A stretch of DNA of 64,000 nucleotides, taken from Actinomycetota bacterium. GTDB lineage: Bacteria > Actinomycetota > Thermoleophilia > Gaiellales > Gaiellaceae. The stretch lies in assembly GCA_046765815.1 (NCBI GenBank), contig JBKPRG010000002.1:2501-66500 (forward strand). Direction: 5' to 3'. The notes beneath the pieces were generated by a model. That model had not been told where the DNA came from. It made no database searches and was given only the letters and a program-made list of their open reading frames with translations. Position numbers and translations under genes: made by a program. Positions within the stretch are counted from its first letter, which is position 1, and each line of letters starts with the position of its first letter. This document shows positions 32,558 to 41,952 of this stretch, one piece after another.

Positions 32558-32961
32558 CGCGGATCCGTTCGCCTTGGATCCGAGCGGATCGCGGTCGCCG
32601 CGCCGACGCCGATTTTCTCGATCACGAGGTAGTCGTCGTGCTCTTCGACTGCCCGGTCAACGCCGTCAAGCTGGTGTCCCGGGACAATCGCGAAGTGCGT
32701 CGGGAATCGGCGCACTGCTTCATAGGCGGTGAGTGTGAGAGCGACCGTCTCGAAGCACTGAGGGTCGCCGCACTCACAGATCATGACCCAGGGCATCGAG
32801 TCGTCCCAGCTCTGGCTGAGCCTACGGCTCTCCTCGTTGACTTCTCGAACCACACACTGAGTGACAGCAGCGTGGACTGCCGCGGATTCAGGGTCGCCGC
32901 CCTCGACCAGAACGAGCGACGGCTCGTCTCGATCGAACTGCGAGGTCGGTTCCGACGACAT
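32554..32961 (-). CDS. Hypothetical protein with CxCxxxxC cluster
   Basis: ATG 32961 preceded by GAGGAGGAG at 7 nt; motif WVMICECGDPQCFETVALTLTAYEAVRRFPTHFAIVPGH; family not recognised. Confidence 0.6.
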   Translation of the reverse strand: MSSEPTSQFDRDEPSLVLVEGGDPESAAVHAAVTQCVVREVNEESRRLSQSWDDSMPWVMICECGDPQCFETVALTLTAYEAVRRFPTHFAIVPGHQLDGVDRAVEEHDDYLVIEKIGVGAATAIRSDPRRTDPR

Positions 32962-33227
32962 CGAGTGTCTCCTCCTCGGGATCAAGCCGCTGTACCGAGG
33001 ATCGACCGCCGACCACCAAGGATCGGCCTCGCTCCGCTGGTTACCTACCAGCTCGACACCCAGAACCCTGAATGCCGGGCCTGAAGAAATCATAGCTCCG
33101 GCCCCGTCGGCAAATCAAAAGCCGCGCTATGGTAGGTGGAGCGCTTCGTCCGCCGGGTCTGTACCTCCTGCTTCTCCGTTCCCCTCGGGCGCCATCCTCG
33201 TTTCAAGGAGCAGGAGAGAGCAGTCAT

Positions 33228-33617
33228 ATGCCTGGTTTGCAGGGCGAAAACGGCCAACTGGCCACCGCCGCCGGTACAGCCATCACCCGCCTGCATCGTG
33301 AGCACTACGGCCGTGGTGCAACCACGACCCGTGTCGTCTACCAGCGCAACTTCCTGATCGTTTTCCTCGAGGACATCTACACCCCGGTCGAACGGACCTT
33401 GATCGACGCCGGGCAACGCGACACCGTCCGCAAGACCCGCCAGGCCTTCCAGGACGCAATGGCGGACAAGTTCACCGCAGCGATCGAGCAGATCACCGGC
33501 CGCAAGGTGATCGCCTTCCTCTCACAGGTCCATTTCGACCCCGACCTGGCCACCGAGACCTTCATCCTCGACCCGAGCGAGGAAGACAAAGCGGCGACCC
33601 TGAGCGCAGAACACTAA
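33228..33617 (+). CDS. DUF2294-like protein
   Basis: AITRLHREHYGRGATTTRVVYQRNFLIVFLEDIYTPVERTLI...ITGRKVIAFLSQVHFDPD matches my recollection of the DUF2294 pattern; AGGAGCAGGAGAGAG upstream of ATG 33228. Confidence 0.6.
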   Translation: MPGLQGENGQLATAAGTAITRLHREHYGRGATTTRVVYQRNFLIVFLEDIYTPVERTLIDAGQRDTVRKTRQAFQDAMADKFTAAIEQITGRKVIAFLSQVHFDPDLATETFILDPSEEDKAATLSAEH

Positions 33618-33679
33618 CGCCGGCAAAGATCTCGTGGGTCCGCCGGCCGTATGACCGGACCCCCGCGGCGATCTCATCG

Positions 33680-34909
33680 GTGCGCGCTCGCGGGTTCCTT
33701 TACGCTGGCGCGGTGACGGTAACGCCGGCGAGGCGAGCGTGGGACGAGCTCTTCGCGACGCGTGCACGGGGCGGTGTCGGCGAGGGGATCGCGGACATCC
33801 TCGCGCTCCTCGCAGTGCCCGGTCTCATCTCCTTCGCAGGCGGCTTTCCGGATCCCGAGACGTTCCCTCGCGGGCGCGCGGCCGAGCTGCTCGCGGAGTT
33901 CGCCGAGTCTGGCGAGTCGAGCGCCTTCCAGTACGCGCCGACGCGTGGTCTGGCGGGGCCGCTCGACGCGCTTGCCGGGCGCATCGAGACGACGCAGGGA
34001 CGACGGCCCGCCGACGACGAGCTGCTGATCACGAGCGGCGCGATCGAGGCGCTCGAGCTCGTCGGCAAGACGTTCCTCGACGCCGGTGACGTGGTGGTCG
34101 TCGAAGGCCCGACGTACCTCGGGGCGTTGATGGCGTTCCGCGGCTTCGCCGCGAAGGTCGACGTGGTGCCGCTCGACGACGAGGGGTTGCAGGTGGACGA
34201 CCTCGAACGGCGGCTCGAGGCGGGCCTGCGGCCGAAGCTGCTCTACACCATCCCCGACCACCAGAACCCGGCCGGCGTCAGCCTGTCGGCCGCGAGGCGC
34301 GAGGCGCTCATCGAGCTCGCCGGCCGTTACGGCTTCCTCGTCTTCGAGGATGTCGCATATCGCGAGCTCGCCTTCGGCGACGAGACCCTCCCCAGCCTCT
34401 GGTCGCTCGGACCTGACGTGGTCGTCCAGGCAGGGACCACCTCGAAGACGTTCTTCCCCGGCGTCCGCCTCGGCTGGGCCACGGCGCCGGCTCCGATCTC
34501 GGCGCAGCTCGTCTCCGCGAAGCAGAACACGGACCAGTGCGCCGCCGCGCTCGGCCAGCGGCTCTTCGAGGAGTACGTGCGCCGCGGCTGGCTCGACGAG
34601 CAGCTGCCGGTCTCGCGAGCGCTCTACCGGCGCAAGTGCGAGCGGATGCTGGCGGCGCTCGAGCGCTCGATGCCCGAAGGCGCGGGGTGGACGACGCCGA
34701 CCGGCGGCTTCTTCTCGTGGTTGGCGCTCCCCGACGGCGGCGACGCCGAGCTTCTAGCCAAGCGCGCCGTCGAGGCCGGCGTCGGGATCGTGCCCGGCAC
34801 CGTGTTCTTCCCGGACGGCCGCGGCGCCGACAAGGTGCGCCTGTCCTTCAGCTTGGTCGACGAAGCCGCGATCGATGCGGGGATCCAGAAGCTGGCGGCG
34901 CTCTTGTGA
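33680..34909 (+). CDS. PLP-dependent aminotransferase, class I/II (2-aminoadipate/LysN-like subgroup)
   Basis: ISFAGGFPDPETFP, YTIPDHQNPAG, TSKTFFPGVRLGW (PLP lysine) motifs; start 33680 or 33713. Confidence 0.85.
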   Translation: MRARGFLYAGAVTVTPARRAWDELFATRARGGVGEGIADILALLAVPGLISFAGGFPDPETFPRGRAAELLAEFAESGESSAFQYAPTRGLAGPLDALAGRIETTQGRRPADDELLITSGAIEALELVGKTFLDAGDVVVVEGPTYLGALMAFRGFAAKVDVVPLDDEGLQVDDLERRLEAGLRPKLLYTIPDHQNPAGVSLSAARREALIELAGRYGFLVFEDVAYRELAFGDETLPSLWSLGPDVVVQAGTTSKTFFPGVRLGWATAPAPISAQLVSAKQNTDQCAAALGQRLFEEYVRRGWLDEQLPVSRALYRRKCERMLAALERSMPEGAGWTTPTGGFFSWLALPDGGDAELLAKRAVEAGVGIVPGTVFFPDGRGADKVRLSFSLVDEAAIDAGIQKLAALL

Positions 34910-35319
34910 CGCTCGATCCCGACCGCTACTTCGCCGCGGATGCGTCCGTTCAGCAAGCGGGCGGGGGCGCCTTCGTCACCTGGGAGGAGCTCGACGCGAT
35001 CGAGATGGTTCCCGGCCTCGCGTTCCAACCCCTGCTCGGGGAGAACCTGCTGGTCGCCTTCGTCCGGTTCGCCCCGAACACCGTTGCGCCGGTGCACTGG
35101 CACGACGAAGAGCAGATCTCGTTCGTGCTCGAGGGCGAATTCGAGTTCGAGGTCGGCGGCGAGAAGCGGATCGTCCGGCGCGGCGAGGCGGTCTTGATCC
35201 CACCGAACGTCCCGCACGGGGCGCGCACGTACGACACCACCTGCCTGGAGGTGGACGTGTTCCACCCGCCGCGCCGCGGCCTGCTCGAGGCGATGGGCAA
35301 GGCCGACCCGAGTTCCTAG
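34906..35319 (+). CDS. Cupin domain protein
   Basis: APVHWHDEEQISFVLEGEFEFEVGGE...IPPNVPHG; GTGA overlap with aminotransferase stop. Confidence 0.75.
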   Translation: MTLDPDRYFAADASVQQAGGGAFVTWEELDAIEMVPGLAFQPLLGENLLVAFVRFAPNTVAPVHWHDEEQISFVLEGEFEFEVGGEKRIVRRGEAVLIPPNVPHGARTYDTTCLEVDVFHPPRRGLLEAMGKADPSS

Positions 35320-36089
35320 TGGAGCTCGGCCTCGACGGCAGGCGTGTTCTCGTCACCGGCGGCTCGAAGGGCCTCGGCTACGCGATCGCGGCCGAGCTGA
35401 TCCGGGAAGGCGCGCTCGTGGCGATCTGCGCGCGCAACGAGGACGAAGTGCTCGCCGCCGGACGAGAGCTCGGTGCCGTGCATGCCCAGGCGGCCGACGT
35501 CACCGACCCCAACCAGGTCCACACGTTCGTCGACGACTCGGCGCAGGCGCTCGGCGGCATCGACGCGCTCGTCAACAACGCCGGGCGTGCCCACCCCGGC
35601 GGCTTCGAGACGTTGAGCGATGCCGACTGGGCCGCCGACGTCGACGTCAAGCTCTTCTCGCTGATCCGTTGCTCGCGCGCGGTGCTACCGCACCTCCGCT
35701 CCGCAGGCGGAGGACGGATCGTCAACATCGGCGCCGTCTACGGCCGGTACCCCGATCCCGTCTTCTTCGGCACCTCCGTCAACCGGGCTGCGGGCAACTC
35801 GTTCACGAAGACGCTCGCGCTCGAGCTGGCGAAGGACGGCATCCTCGTCAACGGCGTCAACATCGGCTACGTCGTCACGCCGCAGTGGGACAACATCCAC
35901 CAGCGGCGTGCGCCGGAGCAGCCGCGGGACGAATTCTTTGCAGAGCTCGCCGCGAACGAGGTGCCGCTGGGGCGCTTCGGTACGCCCGAGGAGGTTTCCG
36001 GCATCGTCGCATTCCTCCTCAGCGGCCGGGCCGGGTACATCACCGGCGCGTCGATAGACGTCGCCGGGGGGATGGGCAAGTACGTGTAG
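35319..36089 (+). CDS. Short-chain dehydrogenase/reductase (SDR)
   Basis: VLVTGGSKGLGYAIA Rossmann motif, NNAG, C-terminal ITGASIDVAGG; GTG overlaps preceding TAG. Confidence 0.85.
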   Translation: MELGLDGRRVLVTGGSKGLGYAIAAELIREGALVAICARNEDEVLAAGRELGAVHAQAADVTDPNQVHTFVDDSAQALGGIDALVNNAGRAHPGGFETLSDADWAADVDVKLFSLIRCSRAVLPHLRSAGGGRIVNIGAVYGRYPDPVFFGTSVNRAAGNSFTKTLALELAKDGILVNGVNIGYVVTPQWDNIHQRRAPEQPRDEFFAELAANEVPLGRFGTPEEVSGIVAFLLSGRAGYITGASIDVAGGMGKYV

Positions 36090-36104
36090 CGAGCTCGCGC
36101 GCTG

Positions 36105-38594
36105 GTGACGCGGCACCGGACGCGAGAGAATCGACGGGTGCAGCCCGAGCTCCCGACCGGGACGGTGACGTTCCTCTTTACCGACATCGAGGGATCGACG
36201 CGGCTGCTCAGCGAGCTGGGCGACGGGTATGCGGAAGTGCTTGCCGAGCATCGCCGCGCGCTGCGAGACGCGTGGCAGCGGCACGAAGGGGTCGAGGTCG
36301 ACACGCAGGGTGACGCGTTCTTCGTTGCCTTTGCGCGTGCCTCAGATGCGGTGGCGGCAGCCGCCGATGCGCAGCTCGCACTTGCGGGCGGCCCGGTACG
36401 AGTGCGGATGGGGTTACACACCGGAGAGCCTCTCCGGGCCGACGAGGGCTACGTCGGATTCGACGTGCATCGTGCGGCGCGGATCGCTGCCGCCGGGCAC
36501 GGCGGGCAGGTGCTCCTGTCGCAGGCGACTGCGGATCTCACCGGCGCCGACCTGCGCGACCTCGGCCTCCATCGGCTGAAAGACCTGAGCGCGCCGGAGC
36601 GTCTGTTTCAGCTCGGGACGGAGGACTTCCCGCCGCTGAAGACGCTGCACGAGACGAACCTGCCGGTTCCAGCGACGCCGTTCCTCGGCCGCGCGCGGGA
36701 GATCGACCAGATCGCGGGTCTGCTGCGGGGGCCCGAAGTCCGGCTGGTGACGCTGACCGGCCCCGGCGGGAGCGGCAAGACACGGCTTGCGCTGCAGGCG
36801 GCCGCGTCGGCCGCAGACGACTACGACCGCGGGGTCTGGTGGGTGCCGCTCGCCTCGCTCGCCGATCCGGCGCTCGTCGAGACCGCCGCCAGCCAGGCGC
36901 TGGGCTCCAAGGACACGTTGTCGGCCACGGTGGGCGACAAGCGACTATTGCTCGTACTCGACAATTTCGAGCATCTGCTCGACGCGGCTGCGGACGTCGC
37001 CGAGACGATCGGCTCGTGCCCGCGGCTGACGGTACTCGTCACAAGCCGCGAGCCGTTGCACGTCGACGGAGAGTGGGAGTTCGTCGTCGACCCATTGCGC
37101 GAACAGGAAGCGGTCGAGCTCTTCCTGCAGCGGGCCGCCGCCGTCCGCTCGGACTTCGCTGCGAACGGCGAGGTCGGCGAGATTTGTCGGCGGCTCGACT
37201 GCCTGCCGCTCGCGATCGAGCTGGCGGCCGCCCGGGTGAAGGTGCTCGCCCTGCCGGCGCTGTTGGAACGGCTCGAGCAGCGACTGCCCCTGCTCGCCGG
37301 AGGCTCGCGGTCGGCACCGGAGCGGCAGCGGACGCTGCGCGCGACGATCGCCTGGAGCTACGACCTGCTGACGCCGGACGAGCAAGACCTCTTCGCCCGT
37401 CTGGCGGTCTTCGCCGGCGGTTGCACGCTGGAGGCCGCCGAGCAGGTCTGCGGCGGCGACCTCGACGGCATCGCTTCGCTGGTCGACAAGAGCCTGATCC
37501 GTCGCAGCGGCGACCGCTACTGGATGCTCGAGACGATCCGGGAGTTTGCGGAAGAGCGGCTCGAGGCGCTCCGGGACGTCAGCGAGCTCCGCGACCGGTA
37601 CGCGGCCTGGTATGTCGCGCTCGGCGAGCGCGCCAATCCGGAGCTCGTCGAGCGACGGAGTCCTGAGTGGCTGGACCGGCTCGACGCTGAGCACGCGAAC
37701 CTGCGGGCATCGCTCGAACACCTGCTCGCGCGCGAGGACAGAGACTCCGCATTGCGGCTGTCCGGTGCTATCTGGTTGTACTGGGCGCAACGGGGGCACT
37801 GGACCGAGGGCCGGGGCTTCCTGGCCTCCGCGCTCGCGCTCGGCGGCGACGTCCAGCCCGAACGGCTCATCGATCCGGGCTGGGGTGCGGCGATCCTGGC
37901 CATCTGGCAGGGCGATTACGACGAAGGTGAACAGTGGGCGAGCCGCTTGCTCGAGCTTTCGCGGGAGGCGGGACTGCCGCGCGCCGAGGCCGTGGGAGTG
38001 CACACGCTCGCGATGGCCGCCGGCGATCGTGACCAGGCGCGCGCGCTGTACGAGGAGTCGATCGTGCTCGCCCGTGACGTCGACGATGGGTGGCTGCTCT
38101 CCGCCGCCACGAACAACCTCGGCGGCCTGTACCTGAGTGAGGGGAACTATGAGCGCGCGATCGAGCTGTTCGAGGAGAGCCTGGCGATCGGCGAGGCGCG
38201 CGGCGACCTCGACCGACGCGCACGCGAGCTCACCCACCTCGGCCACGCGACACGCGGGCTCGGCGACCTCACCCGTGCACGCGACTACTTCCGCGGCGGG
38301 TTGGTGGCCGCGGCGGAGATGGGTCTCGTCGAGATGGAGCTCAGCGCGATGTGGGGTATCGCGGCCCACGAAGCCGAAGCCGGCGACGTGGTCACCGCAG
38401 CGCGTCTGCTCGGCTGGGTGAACGAATCGAGGGCTCGACTCGGCGCCCCACATGACGCAGAGGACATCGAGTTCGAGGAGAGCCTCTGCGACATCATGGG
38501 GCCTGACCGATTCGCAGCGGAGCTTGCGGCCGGGGCAGTGCTCAGGCGAGAAGACGCGATCGACCTCGCGCTCGGGCGGAGCGATTCGGCGTAA
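36105..38594 (+). CDS. Class III nucleotidyl cyclase - P-loop NTPase (STAND) - TPR protein
   Basis: GTVTFLFTDIEGST...GDAFFVAF...MGLHTGEP; GPGGSGKTRLA; same order and length as 27982-30417 product. Confidence 0.85.
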   Translation: MTRHRTRENRRVQPELPTGTVTFLFTDIEGSTRLLSELGDGYAEVLAEHRRALRDAWQRHEGVEVDTQGDAFFVAFARASDAVAAAADAQLALAGGPVRVRMGLHTGEPLRADEGYVGFDVHRAARIAAAGHGGQVLLSQATADLTGADLRDLGLHRLKDLSAPERLFQLGTEDFPPLKTLHETNLPVPATPFLGRAREIDQIAGLLRGPEVRLVTLTGPGGSGKTRLALQAAASAADDYDRGVWWVPLASLADPALVETAASQALGSKDTLSATVGDKRLLLVLDNFEHLLDAAADVAETIGSCPRLTVLVTSREPLHVDGEWEFVVDPLREQEAVELFLQRAAAVRSDFAANGEVGEICRRLDCLPLAIELAAARVKVLALPALLERLEQRLPLLAGGSRSAPERQRTLRATIAWSYDLLTPDEQDLFARLAVFAGGCTLEAAEQVCGGDLDGIASLVDKSLIRRSGDRYWMLETIREFAEERLEALRDVSELRDRYAAWYVALGERANPELVERRSPEWLDRLDAEHANLRASLEHLLAREDRDSALRLSGAIWLYWAQRGHWTEGRGFLASALALGGDVQPERLIDPGWGAAILAIWQGDYDEGEQWASRLLELSREAGLPRAEAVGVHTLAMAAGDRDQARALYEESIVLARDVDDGWLLSAATNNLGGLYLSEGNYERAIELFEESLAIGEARGDLDRRARELTHLGHATRGLGDLTRARDYFRGGLVAAAEMGLVEMELSAMWGIAAHEAEAGDVVTAARLLGWVNESRARLGAPHDAEDIEFEESLCDIMGPDRFAAELAAGAVLRREDAIDLALGRSDSA

Positions 38595-38604
38595 GACTGC
38601 GCCT

Positions 38605-39960
38605 GTGGAAGTCTCCGAAGTCCAGTACGCGAAGAGCGGCGACGTCAACATCGCCTACCAAGTCACGGGCGACGGGCCGTTCGATCTGGTCTTCGTTCCC
38701 GGTTACGTCACGCATCTCGAGCTTCATTGGACGATCCCGGGCTTCGCTGCCTTCCTCGAACACCTGTCGTCCTTCTCCCGACTGATCCGGTTCGACAAGC
38801 GGGGCACCGGCATGTCCGACCGTGTGAGCGGCGCCCCAACACTGGAGACGCGGATGGACGACGTCCGCGCCGTAATGGACGCCGTTGGCTCCCGGCGAGC
38901 TGCCTTCTACGGACTGTCGGAGGGAGCCGCGATGAGCCTTCTGTTCGGCGCGACGTATCCAGAGCGGACGGCGGCGCTCGTGATTCGCAGCGCGTATCCC
39001 CGGCGCATGTGGTCGGCCGACTACCCATGGGGCCAGAGCGAGGAGGAGTATCAGCGCGAGCTCGAGCGTTCGCTTCGTGTCTTCGGTCCGCGCGAGCAGG
39101 CGAGAGAGGCTGTCCGATCGCTCGGTCAGTTCAGCGATGAGGAGACCGAGTCATTCCTGCAGATGCTCCGGTTCGGCGCGAGCCCGGGCGCCCTCGAAGC
39201 GCTCCACCGAATGAATAAAGAGATCGACGTCCGACACGTGTTGCCGGCCGTGCGCGTGCCGACGCTCATCCTGCACGGCTCGGACGATGCGATCGTGCCC
39301 ACGGAGGTTGCCCAGTACGTCGCGGCGCAAATTCCGACAGCGCGTGTGCGCGAGCTCCCGGGTGTCGGCCACCTCGCACTCGGTGGGCGGTCAGCCGATC
39401 GCATCACCGAGGAGCTCGAACGGTTCCTGAAAGAGGTTTGGACGGCCGGCGGGTGGGAGGAAGAGGAGCCGGACCGGGTCCTTGCCACCGTTCTGTTCAC
39501 CGACATCGTCGGCTCGACTGCGAAGGCGGTCGAGCTTGGCGACCGGGGCTGGCGTGAGCTTCTCGAGCGCCACCATGCGCTGATCCGCCGTGAGCTCCTC
39601 CGTTTTCGCGGCGCCGAGCTCGACGTCGTTGGCGACGGCTTCTTCGCGCGGTTCGACGGGCCGGCGCGCGCGGTTCGCTGCGCCTGCGCGATCAGCGAGG
39701 GCGTGGGCGAGCTCGGCCTCGAGATTCGCGCAGGCTTGCATACCGGTGAGTGCGAGTTGATGGACGGCAAGGTTGGCGGGATCGCAGTACACATCGGAGC
39801 TCGCGTCGCGAAGGAGGCGCACCCGGGGGAGGTGCTCGTCTCCAGCACGGTCAAAGACCTCGTCGCGGGCTCGGGTCTCCGCTTTCGCGAACGAGGCGCC
39901 GCGGAGCTGAAAGGAATCCCCGAGGAGTGGCGGCTGTACGCCGTCGAACGCGGCGCGTGA
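38605..39960 (+). CDS. Alpha/beta hydrolase - class III cyclase fusion (LipJ/Rv1900c-like architecture)
   Basis: N-terminal hydrolase with YGLSEGA elbow; C-terminal ATVLFTDIVGST...GDGFFARF...AGLHTGE; GTG 38605, 10 nt after preceding stop. Confidence 0.85.
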   Translation: MEVSEVQYAKSGDVNIAYQVTGDGPFDLVFVPGYVTHLELHWTIPGFAAFLEHLSSFSRLIRFDKRGTGMSDRVSGAPTLETRMDDVRAVMDAVGSRRAAFYGLSEGAAMSLLFGATYPERTAALVIRSAYPRRMWSADYPWGQSEEEYQRELERSLRVFGPREQAREAVRSLGQFSDEETESFLQMLRFGASPGALEALHRMNKEIDVRHVLPAVRVPTLILHGSDDAIVPTEVAQYVAAQIPTARVRELPGVGHLALGGRSADRITEELERFLKEVWTAGGWEEEEPDRVLATVLFTDIVGSTAKAVELGDRGWRELLERHHALIRRELLRFRGAELDVVGDGFFARFDGPARAVRCACAISEGVGELGLEIRAGLHTGECELMDGKVGGIAVHIGARVAKEAHPGEVLVSSTVKDLVAGSGLRFRERGAAELKGIPEEWRLYAVERGA

Positions 39961-40003
39961 GCGGGGCGGGCGGCTCGCACCGTCATGACCGTCGCTTGCC
40001 TGC

Positions 40004-40771
40004 ATGCAAGGATCGCCCATGAGCTTCAACGTCGCAGCCGACGCTTACGACCGGTTCATGGGGCGGTACTCGGCGCCCCTTGCTCCCCGGTTCGCCGAGT
40101 TCGCGGGCATTGCCGACCTCGCGCACGTCCTCGACGTCGGTTGCGGCCCCGGCGCGCTGACGGCTGAGCTCGTCGCGCGCGCGGGCGCGGTGACCGCGGT
40201 CGATCCCTCGGAGCAGTTCGTCGAGGCCGTCCGAACCCGGCAACCTGACGTCGACGTGCGGCGCGCGCCGGCGGAAGAGCTCCCGTTCGGAGACCAAGAG
40301 TTCGACGCGGCACTCGCGCAACTCGTGGTGCACTTCATGGCCGATCCCGTCGCCGGCTTGCGCGAGATGGCGCGCGTGACGCGGGACGACGGAATCGTCG
40401 CGGCGTGCGTCTGGGATCACGCGGGCGGCGGCGGGCCGCTGGCTCTGTTCTGGAATGCGGCGCACGAGCTGGAGCCGGACGTCGAAGACGAGTCGCGGCT
40501 GGCGGGAGCGCGTCGCGGTCATCTCACCGAGCTGTTCGTCGCGGCCGGGCTACGCGAGGTCGAGGAGGCAGCAATCTCGGCCGATGTCGAGCATCCGACC
40601 TTCGAGGAGTGGTGGGAGCCGTTCACGCTTGGGGTCGGCCCGGCGGGCGCGTTCGTGGCGGGCCTCGACGCGACGGGGCAAGGGCGCCTCCGCGACGCGT
40701 GCCGCGAGAGGCTGCCGGCGGCACCGTTCACGGTCTCCGCACGAGCGTGGGCGGCGCGAGGAAGGGCGTAA
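40004..40771 (+). CDS. SAM-dependent methyltransferase (class I)
   Basis: VLDVGCGPGALT motif I; start 40004 or ATG 40019. Confidence 0.8.
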   Translation: MQGSPMSFNVAADAYDRFMGRYSAPLAPRFAEFAGIADLAHVLDVGCGPGALTAELVARAGAVTAVDPSEQFVEAVRTRQPDVDVRRAPAEELPFGDQEFDAALAQLVVHFMADPVAGLREMARVTRDDGIVAACVWDHAGGGGPLALFWNAAHELEPDVEDESRLAGARRGHLTELFVAAGLREVEEAAISADVEHPTFEEWWEPFTLGVGPAGAFVAGLDATGQGRLRDACRERLPAAPFTVSARAWAARGRA

Positions 40772-41952
40772 CGTCCGAGATCGTCGGCCGTGAGGTCGTC
40801 CGGTTGCTGTTTGCCGCATCGCTTCTGCTGATCGTTGGCTGCGGCTCGCAGGCACGGCCGGCGCTCAGCCCGGCCGCAGCGCAGGCCCTCCGCACGTGCG
40901 TCGACCGCTGGAACGAGGGGAACATGACCGACTGGGGACCGGCGCCTGCGCGTGTCGCGCTGCGGCGTCTCGATTACACACGACGTCGCCCGCTCGGCCT
41001 GCCATCCGGGCCGCGCCGCTGTGTCGTGTCGGTCGGCGTTGGCCGGAGGCAGAGCTGGACCTGCGAGCTGGACTTCTTTGGCGCCTACGCGTGCCCGTTG
41101 CGGCACGAAGGCGACTACATCCCTCTCCACGACCCGAACGCCCGCATCGACGCCGACGGCGTGCTGACGCTCGCAACGCCGGTCGCCGGCACGCACGCGC
41201 CGCCCCAGCTGCCGTGGCAGCGCTACCCGCGAGCCGACGGCTACGTCGAGCCCTGGGCATCCGGTGGCGCGTTGCGTCCCGGCCTGCGGTTCGGCTCGAC
41301 GTACAGCGGCGGTGGCACCTGTAGTACCCAGTTCGGCTCGGAGGTGACCCCCTCCAAACGAGCCGTCCGTTGCCTGTGGCGCGGCATCTATCAGCTCGAT
41401 CCGTGTTTCCCGCCCCCTCGGCCGAAGTGGAACCACCGCGGTGGGGTCGTTGCGTGCTCGTACGGCGAAGGCGCGACGACGTTCGGCCGGTTTGTGCTCG
41501 CGCGACCGTCATACCGGGCGATCGACTTCCCGGATCTCCAGGAGTGGTCGGGCATCGGCGCGATCAGGCTCGATGAGACGCGCGCCGAGCTCGCGCACGA
41601 CTACGACGCGGTCGGTCACCGCTACCACAACGGCTACTACGTGCTGCACGGGAGCCGCGTCTACGTCGCGTTCCGGGCCGGTCGTGTCAACGAGATCGCC
41701 TTCACGACGCGCTACTACCGAGCATTGGACAGGTTCGGTGTGGGTAGCCGCATCCCGACCGGCGGCCACTGGCGCGGCTTCGTCTGGAACCCGACTCTGC
41801 GGGAGAAGCCCTGCAGTTGCTGGGTGAAGGTCGGTAACGGCCCGCAGTCGCTCGCCCCCACGGGCGCGAACTTCCTCAAGCACTGGGTGATCGTCTACGT
41901 GCACGATGGCCGCGTGTCCGAGATCTACATGGCTCAGCACTACATCGACTGA
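40747..41952 (+). CDS. Putative lipoprotein
   Basis: Lipobox LLLIVGC|GS; in-frame GTG 40747 (alt TTG 40804); Cys-rich soluble domain, no family recognised. Confidence 0.6.
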   Translation: MGGARKGVTSEIVGREVVRLLFAASLLLIVGCGSQARPALSPAAAQALRTCVDRWNEGNMTDWGPAPARVALRRLDYTRRRPLGLPSGPRRCVVSVGVGRRQSWTCELDFFGAYACPLRHEGDYIPLHDPNARIDADGVLTLATPVAGTHAPPQLPWQRYPRADGYVEPWASGGALRPGLRFGSTYSGGGTCSTQFGSEVTPSKRAVRCLWRGIYQLDPCFPPPRPKWNHRGGVVACSYGEGATTFGRFVLARPSYRAIDFPDLQEWSGIGAIRLDETRAELAHDYDAVGHRYHNGYYVLHGSRVYVAFRAGRVNEIAFTTRYYRALDRFGVGSRIPTGGHWRGFVWNPTLREKPCSCWVKVGNGPQSLAPTGANFLKHWVIVYVHDGRVSEIYMAQHYID

